Shown: one piece after another, positions 62,724-64,000 of the stretch | Layout of the letters: each line of letters starts with the position of its first letter | How positions within the stretch are numbered: position 1 is the first letter of the stretch | Origin: Dipteris shenzhenensis | Lineage: Eukaryota | Assembly: GCA_047967505.1 (NCBI GenBank) | Contig: CM106538.1 | Length of the DNA: 64,000 nucleotides | Reading direction: 5' to 3' (one strand) | The notes under the pieces: generated by a model | The model's database searches: none | The model's input: the letters and a program-made list of their open reading frames with translations, nothing else | Told to the model about the DNA's origin: nothing | Position numbers and translations under genes: made by a program

Positions 62724-64000
62724 CACTACAAGAAAAATAGGTAGAAATGGCAATAGGAAATGGCATACAATTTTCATTTTTGCAATTTCTTATGTATGAA
62801 AAGGCAGCCATTTGTCAAAGTGCCATATATTTGAAGAAATGGCAGCTAGAAATGGCAACCAATTCTTGAACTGCCATTTCTTGGGAGGAAATAGCAATAG
62901 GAAATGGCAAGCTTTTCTTGTTTGCCATTTTTAAGGAATAAATGACAACACAAAATTGCAACAATTTCTTAACTTCCATTTCTTATGATGAAATGGTAGA
63001 TGTTCTTCTAGCACGTGTCTATGTCTGATGGATATGATACTCTATGTAGGATCTAATGAAAGTAGGATTCTTGTTCTTGCAAATTTTGATGTGGATCAGC
63101 TTTCATTTTCATGGTTCGGCATGTGCAAGTGCAAATAATGTGCATCAATGTGCTTCTAGCATATGTGTGTGTGTCCAATGGGTATGATACTTTGCAAGGA
63201 TTTAATGAGAGGAATATCCTTTCTCTTGCAAAGTATGATGTGGATTAGGTATCATTTTCATGGTCACACATAAGTATTTGTACAATTCTTACCATGCGTC
63301 ATGCAAGAGTGTTAAAAACATGCATAAGTTTGCTTCTAGCATATGTATGTAAGTATGATAGGCATGATAGTTTGCATAGGCCTCAATGAGAGTATGTTCC
63401 TTATTCTTGCAGAGTTTTATCTAGATTGGACATCATTTGCATGGTTGGGCATGTGTACATCATCCACACTTCTTACCATGCATCATGCATGAGTGTTAAT
63501 AAAAATGCATCAGCATTCTTCTAGCCTTTGTGTGTGTGTGTGTGTGTGTGTGTTGGAGGTGTGTTGCTTTGCATAGTCCTTAGTGAGAGTAGCATCATTC
63601 TTCTTGCAAATTATAATGTGTATCAGATAGCATCCGCATGGTTGGGCATACATATTTCCACAATTCTTACCATGCATTGTGCATGAGTGATAAAAATATA
63701 AACTAGTGTATTTCTAGCATATTTTTCTATGTCTGATGTGGGTATGATACTTGTATAGGGATTAGTTACAGTAATTTATTTTATCTTTCAAAGTTTCATG
63801 TGGATTGGGTATCATTTGCATGGTCAGGCATACGTACTTCCACAATTCTTACATGCATTGTGCATGAGTAATAAAAATATGCATCGGTGTGCATACATGT
63901 ATGTCTTTGATGGATAGAATAGTATGAACAGACCTTGAAGAGAGTAATTTCCATGTTCTTTTATGTGAATAGGGTATCATTTTCATGGTTGTACCTACAT
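62724..64000 (+). mobile_element. End of a CACTA/En-Spm element: TIR 62724-62736, subterminal repeats, then ~180-190-bp tandem units
   Basis: CACTACAAGAAAA followed by direct and inverted AAATGGCA/TGCCATTT repeats to ~63000; TTCTAGC recurs near 63006, 63154, 63334, 63519 and 63712. Confidence 0.85.

Overview
Eukaryotic, repeat-dominated plant genomic DNA with spliceosomal introns. A non-seed plant such as a fern is a guess and cannot be shown from the sequence. Only one clearly intact host gene is present: a 5-exon ILR1/IAR3-like M20 amidohydrolase (15998-17629,+). The rest is (i) a mosaic of Ty1/Copia fragments and LTRs, (ii) a degraded L1-type LINE, CACTA remnants and a PIF1 helicase remnant, (iii) pieces of a Sola-like DDD transposase at three places, (iv) an intron-containing RAG1/Transib/Chapaev-type transposase pseudogene facing an unknown partner gene, (v) an 18.6-kb region of ~182-bp satellite organised as a ~546-bp trimer and interrupted by LTR elements, and (vi) long GA-rich, G-rich and AT-rich tracts. 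The best leads are the RAG1-core-like transposase, a putative divergent two-gene transposon (~47.1-54.1 kb) whose second gene looks like a ParB/DGQH-type domain plus a degenerate DNA adenine-methyltransferase fold, and evidence that the satellite is related to CACTA ends. All family assignments come from reading motifs by eye; no searches were run.
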